Part shown: one piece after another, positions 7,908 to 19,581 of the stretch | Layout: every line of letters starts with the position of its first letter | Position numbering within the stretch: the first letter of the stretch is position 1 | From: an uncultured Anaerolineae bacterium | Lineage (GTDB): Bacteria; Chloroflexota; Anaerolineae; VGOG01 | Direction: 5' to 3' | NCBI GenBank assembly: GCA_964446635.1 | Contig: CAYUPJ010000001.1 | Coordinates: 1 to 56,891, forward strand | Length of the DNA stretch: 56,891 nt | Position numbers and translations under genes: made by a program | The notes under the pieces: generated by a model | What the model was told of the DNA's origin: nothing | The model's input: only the letters and a program-made list of their open reading frames with translations | Databases searched by the model: none

Positions 7908-9023
7908 ATGAACTCACGACAACGGGTGATGGCGGTTCTCCGCCACGAGCAGCCTGATCGCGTGCCGGTGGACCTGGGTTCCACGGCAGTGTCCGGCATC
8001 CATCGTCGGGCCAACGATGCTCTGAAGGCCCTGCTGGGCATCGAGGCCGACGAGCCGGTGCACGACTTGGTTCAGGGCCTCGTCGTCCCCGATGAGCGCA
8101 TCCTGCAACGGTTTGGCGTGGATTTCCGCCGCGTGGCGATGCGACCGTCCGCCGCTGCCGTCGCCGCTTGGCCCGCAGATAGCGATGACACCTACCTCGA
8201 CGAGTGGGGGATGCGGCGGCAGCGCACCGAGCTGTACTGGGACATCGTAGAGCATCCGCTGGCGGACGCCACGGTGGAAGACCTGCGGCACTACCCCTGG
8301 CCCGACCCCCACGATCCCTGCCGGGTGGAAGGCCTGGCCGAGGAGGCCAAACGCCTCTACGAAGAGACCGACTATGCCCTGGTGGCCGACTTCCTGGGCG
8401 GTGGTGTCTTCGAGCAGGCCCTCTGGATGCGGGGCTTCGAGCGCTTTATGATAGACCTGGTGGCCGACGAACCCTTTGCCACCGCTCTCCTGGACACCTT
8501 GCTGGAGCTATACATCGAATTCTACGATGTCTACCTGGAGGCGGTGGGCCGCTATATCCAGATTGTGGCCCTGGGGGACGACCTGGGGATGCAGACCGGG
8601 CCTCTCATCTCGCCGCAGCTCTACCGCCGACTGATCAAGCCCCGGCACAAGGAACTGTACGACTTCATTCATTCGCGCACCGAGGCCAAGATACTGCACC
8701 ACACCTGCGGCAGCGTCTTTCCCTTGGTGCAGGATTTGATTGACGTGGGGGTGGACATCCTGAACCCGATCCAGACCTCCGCCCGGGGGATGGACCCGGC
8801 GGCCCTCAAACGGGAGTTTGGCCAGCAGTTGGTCTTCCATGGGGGGATGGACGTGCAGCACATCCTCCCTTTCGCTACGCCGGAGAGCGTCAGGGAGGAG
8901 GTGAAGCACATAGTGACCATTCTGGGGCAGGGGGGGGGTTACATCTTTGCCCCCAGCCACAACATCCAGGCCGATGTTCCACCGGAGAACATCTTGGCCA
9001 TGTACGAGGCCATTCAGGAGTAA
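7908..9023 (+). CDS. Uroporphyrinogen-decarboxylase (URO-D) family protein, MtaA/CmuA-like
   Basis: The N-terminus SRQRVMAVLRHEQPDRVPVDLG and overall length fit the URO-D superfamily. RBS taggag. Confidence 0.7.
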   Translation: MNSRQRVMAVLRHEQPDRVPVDLGSTAVSGIHRRANDALKALLGIEADEPVHDLVQGLVVPDERILQRFGVDFRRVAMRPSAAAVAAWPADSDDTYLDEWGMRRQRTELYWDIVEHPLADATVEDLRHYPWPDPHDPCRVEGLAEEAKRLYEETDYALVADFLGGGVFEQALWMRGFERFMIDLVADEPFATALLDTLLELYIEFYDVYLEAVGRYIQIVALGDDLGMQTGPLISPQLYRRLIKPRHKELYDFIHSRTEAKILHHTCGSVFPLVQDLIDVGVDILNPIQTSARGMDPAALKREFGQQLVFHGGMDVQHILPFATPESVREEVKHIVTILGQGGGYIFAPSHNIQADVPPENILAMYEAIQE

Positions 9024-9098
9024 TGATCAGCCCTCCGACACAATCCTGTGACGTCCCATGCTTCAGAGGAACTCAGGGGAACTCGTGAGGTGTTTGCT

Positions 9099-9875
9099 AT
9101 GTCTATGAAAGCTCTGGACCTGAACCCGTTTTTCTTCGCTGGCGGCCCCACCGGCTGCCTGCTCGTTCACGGCTTCAGTGGCAGCCCGCCGGAGATGCGC
9201 CCCATGGGGGAGTACCTGGCTCAACAGGGGCTGACGGTGTTGGGAGTGCGGCTGGACGGCCACGGCACTACCCCTGAGGACATGGCCAGAACCACCTGGC
9301 GCGACTGGCTGGCCTCGGCCGAGGAGGGGGTGCAAGAACTGATGGGGTGCTGCAACCAGGTCTTTGTGGCCGGCCTGTCCATGGGCGGGCTGATTACTCT
9401 ACATCTGGCGGCTCATTACCCTCTGGCCGGAATCGTCCCCATGTCCGCGCCCGCCTACATCGCCAACTGGCGCTTTCGCTTCATGCCCCTGGCCCGATAT
9501 TTCATCAATTGGATCACACCCGACATTGAATCAGACCTGACTGACCCCGGGGCCGAAGAGCGTATTTTCTCCTACCAGGTACTTCCTGTCCGCTGCATCG
9601 TCAGCCTGGGGGAGATACTGCGCCTGGTCAGGCGGGAGCTCTCCCAGGTCAAGGTGCCTGCCCTGATCATGCAGGGTGAAAAAGACCACCACATTCCCGC
9701 AGACAGCGCTCGCCTTATCTTCGAAGAGCTTGGAAGCGGTGAAAAGGAGATCGCCTGGTGGCCGAACTCTGGCCACTGTATCACCGTGGACAGCGAGCGG
9801 GAAGCGGTATGGGCTCGGGCGTGCGACTTTATCGCTGCCCACGTTGCAGAGAAACACGATTTGACAAAAGTATAG
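9099..9875 (+). CDS. Alpha/beta hydrolase (esterase/lipase)
   Basis: LLVHGFSGSP oxyanion region and the nucleophile elbow GLSMGG. Probable start at ATG 9099. Confidence 0.75.
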   Translation: MSMKALDLNPFFFAGGPTGCLLVHGFSGSPPEMRPMGEYLAQQGLTVLGVRLDGHGTTPEDMARTTWRDWLASAEEGVQELMGCCNQVFVAGLSMGGLITLHLAAHYPLAGIVPMSAPAYIANWRFRFMPLARYFINWITPDIESDLTDPGAEERIFSYQVLPVRCIVSLGEILRLVRRELSQVKVPALIMQGEKDHHIPADSARLIFEELGSGEKEIAWWPNSGHCITVDSEREAVWARACDFIAAHVAEKHDLTKV

Positions 9876-9889
9876 AAAACGGCTATAAT
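9861..9889 (+). promoter_or_regulatory. Consensus sigma-70-type promoter upstream of rpoB
   Basis: TTGACA (9861-9866), exactly 17 nt of spacer, then TATAAT (9884-9889). Confidence 0.6.
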
Positions 9890-9999
9890 ATAAACTTGCG
9901 TTTGTTACCCTAGCCCAGTTTTCGAGGGTGCAAGTGTCCCAGCGGATTGTTTTTTTGGTGGTCTCTTTGCTTGAGGAGAGGGGAAACCAGAGGTAGCTT

Positions 10000-12900
10000 A
10001 TGATCAGTAACCTTGTCAGTAATCTTGGTCGCAAATCGTATGCCAGAATCTCAGACGTACATAGCTTGCCCGACCTGATCGAGGTGCAGTTGAGCTCCTT
10101 TACGTGGTTTCAGGGCGTGGGCCTGCGGGAACTGTTTGATGAGATCTCGCCCATCGCCAGCTACGGCGGGAATCTGGAACTTCACTTTCCTGGCCTTGAT
10201 CAACAGTTGAACGAGGAGTTCGGCCTGGATTATCGCTTCGAGGAGCCCAAGTATACTGAGAAAGAGTGTCTGGAGAGGGACATCACCTACGCTGCCCCTT
10301 TGTACGTGAAGGTCATGCTCTATAACAGGGAACTCGACCAACCCATGGTGCAGGAGATCTTTATGGGCGATTTCCCCATCATGACCGAAAGCGGCACTTT
10401 TATCATCAACGGCACCGAGCGGGTGGTGGTCAGCCAGTTGATTCGCTCTCCCGGCGCCTACTTCGATGCCGAGGAGGATCGGACGACGGGGCGCTTGCTC
10501 AGCACGGCCAAGCTCATCCCCGACCGGGGAGCGTGGATGGAGTTCGAGACCCGCAAGAGCGACTATGTTATCATCAAGTTCAACCGCAAGCGCACCTTCC
10601 CCGTGACGATCCTCCTGCGGGCCCTGGCGGCGGTGGACGATGGCACCGACAGCAAGATTCTCAAGGACGGCAGCGACGAGGAACTGTTTGAGCTGTTCGG
10701 GGATATTGATAACATGCCCGACCACCCGTACATCGCCACCACCATCCAGCAGGAGCCGGAGTGGGAGCTGAAGGATGGGCGCACCGTGGCTGATGAGGCC
10801 CTGCTCGAGTTCTTCAAGAAGATGCGCCCCGGCGACCCGCCAACTCTCGATAACGCCAGGGAATATCTGAGGGCCCAGCTCTTTGACCAGCAACGCTATG
10901 ATTTGGAGAGGGTAGGGCGCTATAAGCTCAATCAGCGGCTTGGCCTGAACATACCACTTGAGCGACGCACCATCACCAAGGAAGACATCGTCAGGCTGGT
11001 GGAGCGCATGATCCGCATCAACAATGGGGTGGAAGCTCCCGATGACATAGACCATCTGGGCAACCGACGGATCAAGACCGTGGGCGAGCTCATCCAGAAC
11101 AAATTGCGCATCGGATTCAGGCGCATGGAGCGGGTGGTGAAGGAGCGCATGAGCATCCGCGACCCAGAGCAGGTCACTCCTGTGGCCTTGATCAACATCC
11201 GCCCTGTAGTAGCAGTCATCCGAGAGTTCTTCGGTGGCAGTCAGTTGTCCCAGTTCATGGAGCAAACCAACCCCCTGGCCGAGCTCACCCATAAGCGGAC
11301 CCTGTCGGCCTTGGGCCCAGGGGGGTTGAGGCGCGAGCGAGCGGGCTTCGACGTGCGTGATGTTCACCACAGCCACTACGGCCGCATCTGTCCCATCGAG
11401 ACCCCCGAAGGACCTAACATTGGCCTTATCGGTCGCTTGGCCACCTACGGCAAGGTGAACGACTTTGGCTTCATTGAAACTCCGTATCGCAAGGTCATCA
11501 GGACCGTGCCCAACGAATACGAGCGGTTGGTGAATAAGACCTTGCGAGAGCAGGTTCTCGACCCTGACACTGGGGAGGTGGCGGCTGAGGCGGGCACTGT
11601 CATTACCCCGGAGCTAGCCGAGCGCATTGCAGCGCTTCCCTCCTTGGAGGACGACGTCAAAATCAGGCCTGTGGTCACCAACGAGATCACCTACCTCTCG
11701 GCCGACGAGGAGGACAAATATACCATCGCCCAGGCCACCGCTCGCTTGGATGACCGGGGTCAGTTCGTCAACCCTCGCGTCTCAGTGCGGCGCAGTCAGA
11801 AGTTCCTCTTTGAGGCAGCAGAGAAGGTAGACTACATGGATGTCTCTCCCAAGCAGATTGTGGGCATCTCGGCGGCTCTCATCCCCTTCCTGGAGCACAA
11901 TGATGCCAACCGGGCCTTGATGGGCTCCAACATGCAACGCCAGGCGGTGCCCTTGATTACCCCTGAGGTGCCCCTGGTGAGTACTGGTATGGAGTGGGCC
12001 GCTGCCATTGACTCGGGGCAAGTGATTTCGGCCCGGCAGGATGGCGAGGTGGTGAGCTCTACCGGCCGCCAAGTTGTGGTGGCTGGCGACGATGGCCATC
12101 AAATCTACTCCTTACGCCGATACAACCGTTCCAATCAATCCACTTGTATTGATCAGCGCCCCGTTGTGAACAAGGGGCAACGTGTTAAGAGGGGAGAAGT
12201 GTTGGCCGATTCCTCCTCTACCGATAGCGGCGAGTTGGCTCTGGGGCAAAACGTGCTGGTTGCCTTCATGTCCTGGGAGGGCGGCAATTATGAGGATGCT
12301 GTTCTGGTTAGCGAGAGCTTGGTGCGGGACGATAAATTTACCTCCATTCATATCGAGAAACACGAGATTGAATCCCGCGACACCAGGCTCGGTCCTGAGG
12401 AGATCACTCGCGACATTCCCAATGTGGGAGAAGAGGCCCTCAAGAACCTCGATGAGGGGGGGATTGTGTACATTGGGGCGGAGGTGGGGCCCAACGACAT
12501 CCTGGTGGGCAAAATCACTCCCAAGGGTGAGAAGGAGCTGACTCCTGAGGAGAAACTCCTCAGAGCCATCTTTGGCGAGAAGGCCAGGGAGGTCAAGGAT
12601 TCGAGCCTGCGCCTGGCCCACGGTGAACGAGGCAAGGTGGTTGATGTAAGGATATTCACCCGCGATGAGCACCGAGACCTGCCGGCTGGCGTTGACAAAA
12701 TGGTGCGAGTCAGCGTGGCTCAGCGGCGCAAGATCACCGAGGGCGACAAGATGGCTGGCCGCCACGGCAATAAGGGAGTGATCTCCAAGGTGCTTTCTGT
12801 TGAGGATATGCCCTTCCTCGCCGATGGCACTCCAGTGGAGTTCATTCTTAACCCCTTGGGTGTGCCAGGTCGTATGAACATCGGCCAGATCCTGGAGACC

Positions 12901-13932
12901 CACTTGGGTTGGGCCGCCAACCGGTTGGGATTCCGAGCCTTCTCGCCCGTTTTCGATGGGGCTGACGAGGATGAGATTGCCGCAGAGCTGGCGCGGGCCT
13001 GGCTCATTGACAAAGCCTGGGAAAAAATCACAGAGCGGGCCTGGCAGTGGATGGAGGAGATGGAGTACGATCCTGAGTCCTTGGAGGACGACGAAGAAGC
13101 TCGCCTTCTCTACATCAGCCAGTGGTTGGAGGGGAAGGGCTACGACGAGGAAGCCCTATCCCTGGACCGAATCTATGCCCGGCGTTGTGTTCTTCGAGAG
13201 TGGCTGAAGGAGCAGAGCTACGACCCTGAAGCTATCTTGATCTTTGAGAATGATCCGCGCTCCTGGGCCGAGAGGGATGAAGCGGACCGTCGAGCGCGCG
13301 TGGTTTGCCTGTGCCTCTGGCTGGAGGAAGCATCTCAGCGAGACGACGCTACGGCGCTGAGTGATGAGGAGGTGGAGCTGGAGGCCTGGCGCGTGAGCAA
13401 AGAGACTGGCGTCCCTCTGCCCACTTTGGGGAAGACCATCCTCTATGATGGCAAAACCGGTGAGCCGTTTGATCAGCCGGTAACGGTCGGCGTGATCCAC
13501 ATGATGAAGTTGGCGCACTTGGTGGAAGACAAGGTGCACGCTCGTTCCACGGGGCCGTATTCTCTGGTCACCCAACAGCCCTTGGGAGGCAAGGCCCAGT
13601 TTGGTGGCCAGCGCTTCGGCGAGATGGAGGTCTGGGCTTTGGAGGCCTATGGGGCTGCTCATACCTTGCAGGAGATGCTCACTATCAAGTCTGACGACGT
13701 CGTTGGGCGGGTAAGGACCTATGAGGCCATCGTCAAAGGAGAGGAGATCCAGGAACCTGGCGTGCCGGCTTCTTTCAAGGTTCTGGTAAAGGAACTGCAG
13801 AGCCTGGGCCTCTCTGTGGAGGCGGTCAATGCCAACGGCGAGGTCTTCAGATTCGGGAAGGACGAGGACGTGGATAAGCTTCCTCGGCTTGGTCTGGGCT
13901 TGGGTTTGCCGAGATACGGGAGAGGAGGCTGA
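10000..13932 (+). CDS. rpoB: DNA-directed RNA polymerase subunit beta
   Basis: 1310 aa. Contains RpoB blocks such as [32 protein letters not shown] and [17 protein letters not shown]. Confidence 0.97.
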   Translation: MISNLVSNLGRKSYARISDVHSLPDLIEVQLSSFTWFQGVGLRELFDEISPIASYGGNLELHFPGLDQQLNEEFGLDYRFEEPKYTEKECLERDITYAAPLYVKVMLYNRELDQPMVQEIFMGDFPIMTESGTFIINGTERVVVSQLIRSPGAYFDAEEDRTTGRLLSTAKLIPDRGAWMEFETRKSDYVIIKFNRKRTFPVTILLRALAAVDDGTDSKILKDGSDEELFELFGDIDNMPDHPYIATTIQQEPEWELKDGRTVADEALLEFFKKMRPGDPPTLDNAREYLRAQLFDQQRYDLERVGRYKLNQRLGLNIPLERRTITKEDIVRLVERMIRINNGVEAPDDIDHLGNRRIKTVGELIQNKLRIGFRRMERVVKERMSIRDPEQVTPVALINIRPVVAVIREFFGGSQLSQFMEQTNPLAELTHKRTLSALGPGGLRRERAGFDVRDVHHSHYGRICPIETPEGPNIGLIGRLATYGKVNDFGFIETPYRKVIRTVPNEYERLVNKTLREQVLDPDTGEVAAEAGTVITPELAERIAALPSLEDDVKIRPVVTNEITYLSADEEDKYTIAQATARLDDRGQFVNPRVSVRRSQKFLFEAAEKVDYMDVSPKQIVGISAALIPFLEHNDANRALMGSNMQRQAVPLITPEVPLVSTGMEWAAAIDSGQVISARQDGEVVSSTGRQVVVAGDDGHQIYSLRRYNRSNQSTCIDQRPVVNKGQRVKRGEVLADSSSTDSGELALGQNVLVAFMSWEGGNYEDAVLVSESLVRDDKFTSIHIEKHEIESRDTRLGPEEITRDIPNVGEEALKNLDEGGIVYIGAEVGPNDILVGKITPKGEKELTPEEKLLRAIFGEKAREVKDSSLRLAHGERGKVVDVRIFTRDEHRDLPAGVDKMVRVSVAQRRKITEGDKMAGRHGNKGVISKVLSVEDMPFLADGTPVEFILNPLGVPGRMNIGQILETHLGWAANRLGFRAFSPVFDGADEDEIAAELARAWLIDKAWEKITERAWQWMEEMEYDPESLEDDEEARLLYISQWLEGKGYDEEALSLDRIYARRCVLREWLKEQSYDPEAILIFENDPRSWAERDEADRRARVVCLCLWLEEASQRDDATALSDEEVELEAWRVSKETGVPLPTLGKTILYDGKTGEPFDQPVTVGVIHMMKLAHLVEDKVHARSTGPYSLVTQQPLGGKAQFGGQRFGEMEVWALEAYGAAHTLQEMLTIKSDDVVGRVRTYEAIVKGEEIQEPGVPASFKVLVKELQSLGLSVEAVNANGEVFRFGKDEDVDKLPRLGLGLGLPRYGRGG

Positions 13933-13949
13933 AGGTAAAATTGTGCGAT

Positions 13950-13978
13950 TTGCTCTTTTTCGTCATTTGTGCTATACT
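13950..13978 (+). promoter_or_regulatory. Putative promoter of the str operon (extended -10)
   Basis: TTGCTC (13950-13955), 17 nt of spacer ending in TGC, then TATACT (13973-13978). Confidence 0.45.
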
Positions 13979-14114
13979 ACTTATTTGATACTGTGAACTA
14001 GTAGCTCTTTAGCTCACTTCATGATGAGCGCGTTAGGTTGAAGACGAGGCCATTGCGACTCTCTCACGATGGCCTCGTTCAGTGAATTTATCCCCCTTGA
14101 GAGGAGGGCGTAAC

Positions 14115-14546
14115 TTGCCAACCATCAATCAACTGGTCAGAAAAGGACGGAAGGCGCAAAGGAAGAAAAGCAAAGCTCCCGCTTTGCACTTCACTTTCAA
14201 CGCCCTGAAGCAGAAGAGGGAGTGGCGTTCCAAAGGGGCGCCTCAGAAGCAAGGCGTCTGTACTCAGGTCAGAACGATGACGCCAAAGAAGCCCAATTCC
14301 GCTCTGCGCAAGATCGCGAGGGTGCGTCTCACCAACGGCGTCGAGGTCACGGCCTACATCCCCGGCGAGGGGCACAGCCTGCAGGAACACTCCGTGGTCC
14401 TGATCCGGGGCGGCCGGGTCAAAGACTTGCCAGGTGTTCGCTACCATGTGATCCGGGGGACCTTGGATTCCGGCGGGGTCGAGGATCGCCAGAGAGGGCG
14501 TTCAAAGTATGGCGCCAAGATGCCCAAGAAATCGAGGGTGGAGTAA
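14115..14546 (+). CDS. rpsL: 30S ribosomal protein S12
   Basis: TTG start gives (M)[12 protein letters not shown] after RBS gagaggaggg. The [10 protein letters not shown] motif is present. Carries an internal insert. Confidence 0.95.
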   Translation: MPTINQLVRKGRKAQRKKSKAPALHFTFNALKQKREWRSKGAPQKQGVCTQVRTMTPKKPNSALRKIARVRLTNGVEVTAYIPGEGHSLQEHSVVLIRGGRVKDLPGVRYHVIRGTLDSGGVEDRQRGRSKYGAKMPKKSRVE

Positions 14547-14574
14547 ATCTTGAAGTTGGTAGTAGGAGTTTAGT

Positions 14575-15045
14575 ATGTCCAGACGTTATCGTCCTTCCAA
14601 GCGGGAGACCAAGCCCGACACAAAGTACAGCAACGTGCTGGTGACCAAGTTCATCAGTAAACTGATGAAGGGTGGTAAGAAGAGCCTGGCGGCCGGAATC
14701 CTCTACAATTCATTGGACATTATCGAAGAGAGGATGAAGAAGAACCCTTTAGAAGTGTTTGAGCAGGCCATCAATAACGCATCTCCAGTCCTGGAGGTGA
14801 AGCCCCGGCGAGTTGGCGGGGCGACTTATCAGATTCCGATGGAGGTGCCAGCCGACCGGCAGATCTCGCTGGCCATGCGCTGGCTGGTGCAGTCAGCTAG
14901 CAGTCGTTCCGGCAAGTCCATGGCCGAGAAGTTAGCCAGCGAACTGATGGATGCCGCTCAAGGCACTGGGGCCACCATCAAAAAGAAGGACGACACTCAC
15001 AAGATGGCCGAAGCCAACAAAGCCTTTGCCCATTATCGGTGGTAG
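14575..15045 (+). CDS. rpsG: 30S ribosomal protein S7
   Basis: [11 protein letters not shown]...[11 protein letters not shown]...AFAHYRW. Confidence 0.97.
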   Translation: MSRRYRPSKRETKPDTKYSNVLVTKFISKLMKGGKKSLAAGILYNSLDIIEERMKKNPLEVFEQAINNASPVLEVKPRRVGGATYQIPMEVPADRQISLAMRWLVQSASSRSGKSMAEKLASELMDAAQGTGATIKKKDDTHKMAEANKAFAHYRW

Positions 15046-15086
15046 GTGGGCTGTGACCGTCCTGTGTTGAGCTCAGAGCTGTGGCC

Positions 15087-17165
15087 ATGCCTAGAGAATA
15101 CCCCTTGGAAAGGATGCGCAACATAGGCATCATTGCCCACATAGATGCGGGCAAAACCACCACTACCGAGCGGGTGCTCTTTTACACAGGCCGTACCCAT
15201 CGTATGGGGGACGTAGACGATGGGACGACCGTCACCGACTGGATGGACCAGGAGCGGGAGAGGGGCATCACCATCACCGCTGCGGCCATCACTTGCTATT
15301 GGCGCGATCATCAGATTAACATCATTGATACGCCAGGCCACATAGACTTCACCGTCGAGGTGCAGCGTAGCTTGCGAGTCTTGGATGGGGGCATTGTTCT
15401 CTTCGATGCCGTGGCGGGCGTGGAGCCCCAGTCCGAGACGGTCTGGCGACAAGCCGATTTCTACAAAGTGCCGCGCATTTGCTTCGTGAACAAGATGGAC
15501 CGCGTGGGGGCCGACTTCTGGCGCACCATCGGGATGATCGAGGAGAGGCTGGGGGCCAATTCTGTGGCCCTGCAGGTGCCGACTGGGGTAGAGGGTTCTT
15601 TCCGCGGTGTCGTTGATCTCATCAACATGCAGGCCATCTCCTACAGCGACGAGCTGGGCGCGGAATCCGAGGTCGGGCCGATACCAGCCGAGTTGCAAGA
15701 GGAGGCGGCCCAGAGGCGAGAGCTCCTGGTGGAAAAGGTGGCCGAGACCGACGAGGCCCTGACCATCAAGTATCTGGACGGCGAGGAGATCACCGCTGAG
15801 GAGTTGCGGCGCGCTCTGCGCCAGGCCACCCTGAGCGGTGAATTAGTGCCCGTGCTTTGCGGGTCGGCTCTGCGGAACAAGGGCGTGCAGTTCATGTTGG
15901 ATGCGGTAGTGGACTACCTGCCTTCGCCGCTGGACAGACCGCCTATCGTTGGGATTAACCCCAAGACCGAGGCTCAGGAGAGCCGTCCTGCTGACGAGGA
16001 AGCACCCTTAGCTGCCCTGGTCTTTAAAATTGTAACTGACCCCTATGTGGGCCGCCTGGCCTATTTCCGGGTGTACTCAGGCAAGGTTAAGGCCGGGCAG
16101 GCGGTGCGCAACGCCAATAAGAACGCAAAGGAGCGCATCGGCCGTCTGCTGCGCATGTACGCTAACCGCCGCGAGGAGATAGACGAGGTGCTGGCCGGTG
16201 ACATCGGGGCTACGCTGGGGCTCAAGGACACCTTAACCGGTGAGACCCTGTGCGATTTCAACCGCCCCATTGTCCTGGAAAGCATCAAATTCCCGGAACC
16301 GGTCATCTCGGTGGCCATCGAGCCCCGCACCGAGGCCGATCAGGACAAGATGAGCGAAGCCTTGAACCGGTTGGCCGAAGAGGATCCCACCTTTAAGGTG
16401 AAGATTGACGAGGATACGGGCCAGACCATCATCTCCGGCATGGGAGAGTTGCACCTGGAAGTCCTGGTCGAACGTATGTTGAGGGAGTTCAAGGTCAGGG
16501 CTGGTGTGGGACGACCTCAGGTGGCCTACAAGGAAACCATAACCAGGCCGGTGCGGGCCGAGGGGCGATTCGTTCGTCAGACGGGGGGGCGAGGCCACTA
16601 CGGCCACGTCTGGCTGGAGCTGGAGCCCTTGGAGAAGGGCGAGGGCTTCGAGTTCGAGAACAAGCTCGTGGGGGGGGTTATCCCCAAGCAGTTTATCCCC
16701 TCCGTGGAGCGAGGCGTTCGTGAGGCTCTGGACAGTGGCGTCTTGGGCGGCTATCCGTTGATTGACTTAAAAGCTATCCTCGTAGACGGTTCTTACCACG
16801 AGGTGGATTCCTCGGATGTGGACTTTAAGATCGCTGCCTCTATGGCTCTGAGAAATGGCGTGCAACAGGCTGATCCCGTCCTTTTGCAGCCCGTGATGAA
16901 GCTGGAGGTCGTGGTTCCGGAGGAGTTTGCAGGCGAGATCATCGGCGATCTGAGCGCGCGAGGAGCTCAGATCGAGGGGATGAGGCCCCTGAGCGGGAGC
17001 TTGCAGGCCATCCAGGCTCATGTGCCTTTGGCAGAGATGTTTGGCTATGCCACTGATCTCCGATCGAAGACGCAAGGGCGCGGTGTTTTCACCATGGAAT
17101 TCGATTACTATGATCAGGTGCCGCCCGAAGTCATGGAGCGGGTCGCTTTGGGGGAGCAGCGTTGA
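15087..17165 (+). CDS. fusA: Elongation factor G
   Basis: [38 protein letters not shown]. An in-frame GTG at 15081 is an alternative start. Confidence 0.96.
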   Translation: MPREYPLERMRNIGIIAHIDAGKTTTTERVLFYTGRTHRMGDVDDGTTVTDWMDQERERGITITAAAITCYWRDHQINIIDTPGHIDFTVEVQRSLRVLDGGIVLFDAVAGVEPQSETVWRQADFYKVPRICFVNKMDRVGADFWRTIGMIEERLGANSVALQVPTGVEGSFRGVVDLINMQAISYSDELGAESEVGPIPAELQEEAAQRRELLVEKVAETDEALTIKYLDGEEITAEELRRALRQATLSGELVPVLCGSALRNKGVQFMLDAVVDYLPSPLDRPPIVGINPKTEAQESRPADEEAPLAALVFKIVTDPYVGRLAYFRVYSGKVKAGQAVRNANKNAKERIGRLLRMYANRREEIDEVLAGDIGATLGLKDTLTGETLCDFNRPIVLESIKFPEPVISVAIEPRTEADQDKMSEALNRLAEEDPTFKVKIDEDTGQTIISGMGELHLEVLVERMLREFKVRAGVGRPQVAYKETITRPVRAEGRFVRQTGGRGHYGHVWLELEPLEKGEGFEFENKLVGGVIPKQFIPSVERGVREALDSGVLGGYPLIDLKAILVDGSYHEVDSSDVDFKIAASMALRNGVQQADPVLLQPVMKLEVVVPEEFAGEIIGDLSARGAQIEGMRPLSGSLQAIQAHVPLAEMFGYATDLRSKTQGRGVFTMEFDYYDQVPPEVMERVALGEQR

Positions 17166-17207
17166 GGCCCCCAGCACTATAACTGTTTGAAGGAAAGGAG
17201 AATTTCA

Positions 17208-18410
17208 ATGGCTAAGGAGCATTTTGAGAGGACGAAGCCGCACGTGAACGTGGGGACGATCGGGCATGTCGCTCATGGAAAGACAACCCTCACTTCGGCG
17301 ATGACCAAGGCCCTGAAGACGAAGGGATTGGCCAAGTTCGTTCCCTTTGACGTCATCAACGCGGCTCCAGAAGAGAAAGCTAGGGGCTTGACCATCGCCA
17401 TCAGCCATGTGGAGTACGAAACAGAGAAGCGCCACTACGCCCACATAGACTGCCCCGGTCACCGGGACTATATCAAGAACATGATCACTGGTGCGGCGCA
17501 GATGGATGGGGCCATTTTGGTGGTGGCTGCTGACGATGGGCCGATGCCGCAGACGAGGGAGCACTTGTTGCTGGCACGGCAGGTGGAGGTGCCCTCGATG
17601 GTCGTGTTTCTGAACAAGGTGGACAAGATGGCGGACGCGGAGTTGTTGGAGTTGGTGGAATTGGAGATGAGGGAGCTATTGGACGAGTATGGATTTCCTG
17701 GGGATGAGACGCCAATCGTGAAAGGGAGTGCGTTGTTGGCTATGATGAGCGAGTCCACCGATCCTGGGGCTGCGGAGTATGAGTGCATTTGGGAGATATT
17801 GAGGGTGGTGGATGAGTACATACCCACGCCCATTCGGGAGATGGACAAGCCGTTCTTGATGTCGGTAGAGGACGTATTCAGCATCAAGGGCCGGGGTACA
17901 GTAGTGACGGGTAGAGTTGAGCGGGGGACGGTCAAGGTTGGAGAGGAGATCGAGGTTGTCGGGTTGAGGGATGCGGCGAAGAGGACGGTGGTGACAGGGG
18001 TGGAGATGTTTCACAAGACGTTGGACGTTGGGGAGGCTGGGGACAACGTCGGGTGTTTGCTGCGAGGGATAGATCGGGACGAGGTGGAGCGGGGTATGGT
18101 GTTGGCGAAGCCTGGTTCGATCAAGCCGCACACGGCGTTTTTGGGAGAGGTGTACGTGTTGAGGAAGGATGAGGGAGGGAGGCACACGCCGTTCTTCAGT
18201 GGGTATCGGCCGCAGTTTTTCATTCGGACGATGGACGTGACGGGGTCGGTGGTGTTGCCTGAGGGGGTGGAGATGGTGATGCCTGGGGACAACGTGAACA
18301 TGAATGTGAAGTTGATAGTGCCGGTGGCGTTGGAGACTGGGTCGCGGTTTGCGATTCGGGAAGGTGGGCGGACCGTTGGGTCTGGTGTGATCACCAAGAT
18401 CCTGGAGTAG
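17208..18410 (+). CDS. tuf: Elongation factor Tu
   Basis: [55 protein letters not shown] aaggag. Confidence 0.96.
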   Translation: MAKEHFERTKPHVNVGTIGHVAHGKTTLTSAMTKALKTKGLAKFVPFDVINAAPEEKARGLTIAISHVEYETEKRHYAHIDCPGHRDYIKNMITGAAQMDGAILVVAADDGPMPQTREHLLLARQVEVPSMVVFLNKVDKMADAELLELVELEMRELLDEYGFPGDETPIVKGSALLAMMSESTDPGAAEYECIWEILRVVDEYIPTPIREMDKPFLMSVEDVFSIKGRGTVVTGRVERGTVKVGEEIEVVGLRDAAKRTVVTGVEMFHKTLDVGEAGDNVGCLLRGIDRDEVERGMVLAKPGSIKPHTAFLGEVYVLRKDEGGRHTPFFSGYRPQFFIRTMDVTGSVVLPEGVEMVMPGDNVNMNVKLIVPVALETGSRFAIREGGRTVGSGVITKILE

Positions 18411-18541
18411 AGGTAAGCCTCTTGCGATGGGTGAAGGTCTCGTTCGACTGAGCTCACGACGAAGTCTTGACCGAGCCCTTTTCACCTCGGTCGGGAGACC
18501 ATCGGCGATCAAAGGAGGGAGGGAGGAAGCCTGAATAGATT

Positions 18542-18850
18542 ATGGCCAAGCAGAAGCTTAGGATCCGTTTGAAGTCTTACGACCATCGAGTGATTGACCA
18601 GTCGGCGCGACTGATAGTGGAGACAGCGGAGCGCACAGGGGCTACCGTGATAGGCCCCGTGCCTCTGCCGACCAAGATCGAGCGGTTCACTGTGCAGCGC
18701 GCGACTTTTGTGGACAAGAACTCACAAGAACACTTCGAGATCCGCACCCACAATCGGCTTATAGATGTCTTGGATCCAGACTCAAAAACCATAGACACGC
18801 TGATGCGCTTGAACCTGCCGGCTGGAGTGGACATAGAAATCAAGCTTTGA
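18542..18850 (+). CDS. rpsJ: 30S ribosomal protein S10
   Basis: [18 protein letters not shown]...[13 protein letters not shown]. Confidence 0.97.
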   Translation: MAKQKLRIRLKSYDHRVIDQSARLIVETAERTGATVIGPVPLPTKIERFTVQRATFVDKNSQEHFEIRTHNRLIDVLDPDSKTIDTLMRLNLPAGVDIEIKL

Positions 18851-18903
18851 CGGTTTTCAACGACCCATAGGCTAGTAAGTGACATAGGTCATAGAGAGTG
18901 ATT

Positions 18904-19560
18904 ATGAAAGGAATCTTAGGCAAGAAAGTGGGGATGACCCAGGTCTTCGATGAGAAGGGGGAGGTGATCTCTGTTACGATCATCGAAGCAGGGCCCTGCT
19001 TTGTGACGCAAAAGAAAACAGTGGGAAAAGACGGGTACACGGCCATCCAGTTGGGCTTCGAGGAAGTCAAACAAAAGCGCCTGACCCAGGGCCAGTGGGG
19101 CCATTTGCAAAAGAACAAGCTGCCCCCACTGCGCCAACTCCGTGAGATTCGGGTGAATGAGAGCGAGCTCGAGGGGTATAAGGAGGGGCAGAAGATCAAC
19201 GTTGGCATCTTCGAGGCCGGTGAAATAGTGGATGTGATTGGCCTATCCAAGGGCCGGGGCTTCGCCGGGGTGGTGAAGCGGCACGGCTTCCGAGGCGGGC
19301 CCAAAACCCGTGGCCAGTCGGACCGGCTCCGCGCGCCGGGCTCCATCGGCCAGACCACCTCGCCGGGCCGCGTTTACAAAGGGAAACGCATGGCTGGCCG
19401 GATGGGCAATCAGCGGGTCTCTGCGCAAAGTCTGCAGGTGGTCCTGGTGGATCCTCAGCGCAACCTCCTGGCTGTGAAAGGGAGCGTGCCCGGAGCCAGG
19501 AATGGGCTGGTGCTCATTAGGGAAGCGAGAAAGACGGTCGTCCTGAGAAAGAAGAGGTAG
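18904..19560 (+). CDS. rplC: 50S ribosomal protein L3
   Basis: [25 protein letters not shown]. Confidence 0.96.
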   Translation: MKGILGKKVGMTQVFDEKGEVISVTIIEAGPCFVTQKKTVGKDGYTAIQLGFEEVKQKRLTQGQWGHLQKNKLPPLRQLREIRVNESELEGYKEGQKINVGIFEAGEIVDVIGLSKGRGFAGVVKRHGFRGGPKTRGQSDRLRAPGSIGQTTSPGRVYKGKRMAGRMGNQRVSAQSLQVVLVDPQRNLLAVKGSVPGARNGLVLIREARKTVVLRKKR

Positions 19561-19581
19561 AAACCAGAGTTGGTGGGAGAT

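Noticed and set aside
10051-11376. 441-aa minus-strand ORF inside rpoB
   Set aside because: It is antisense to an unambiguous rpoB coding region and has no recognisable motifs.
13000-13410. Intein in rpoB
   Set aside because: The insert lacks the N-terminal Cys/Ser, the block B TxxH and the C-terminal HN-Cys/Ser/Thr hallmarks. It is acidic and helical rather than Hint-like.
17676-18512. 278-aa Pro/His/Arg-rich minus-strand ORF
   Set aside because: It is antisense to tuf. It stays open only because the tuf coding strand is so C-poor and G-ending. It is a by-product of the composition anomaly, not a gene.
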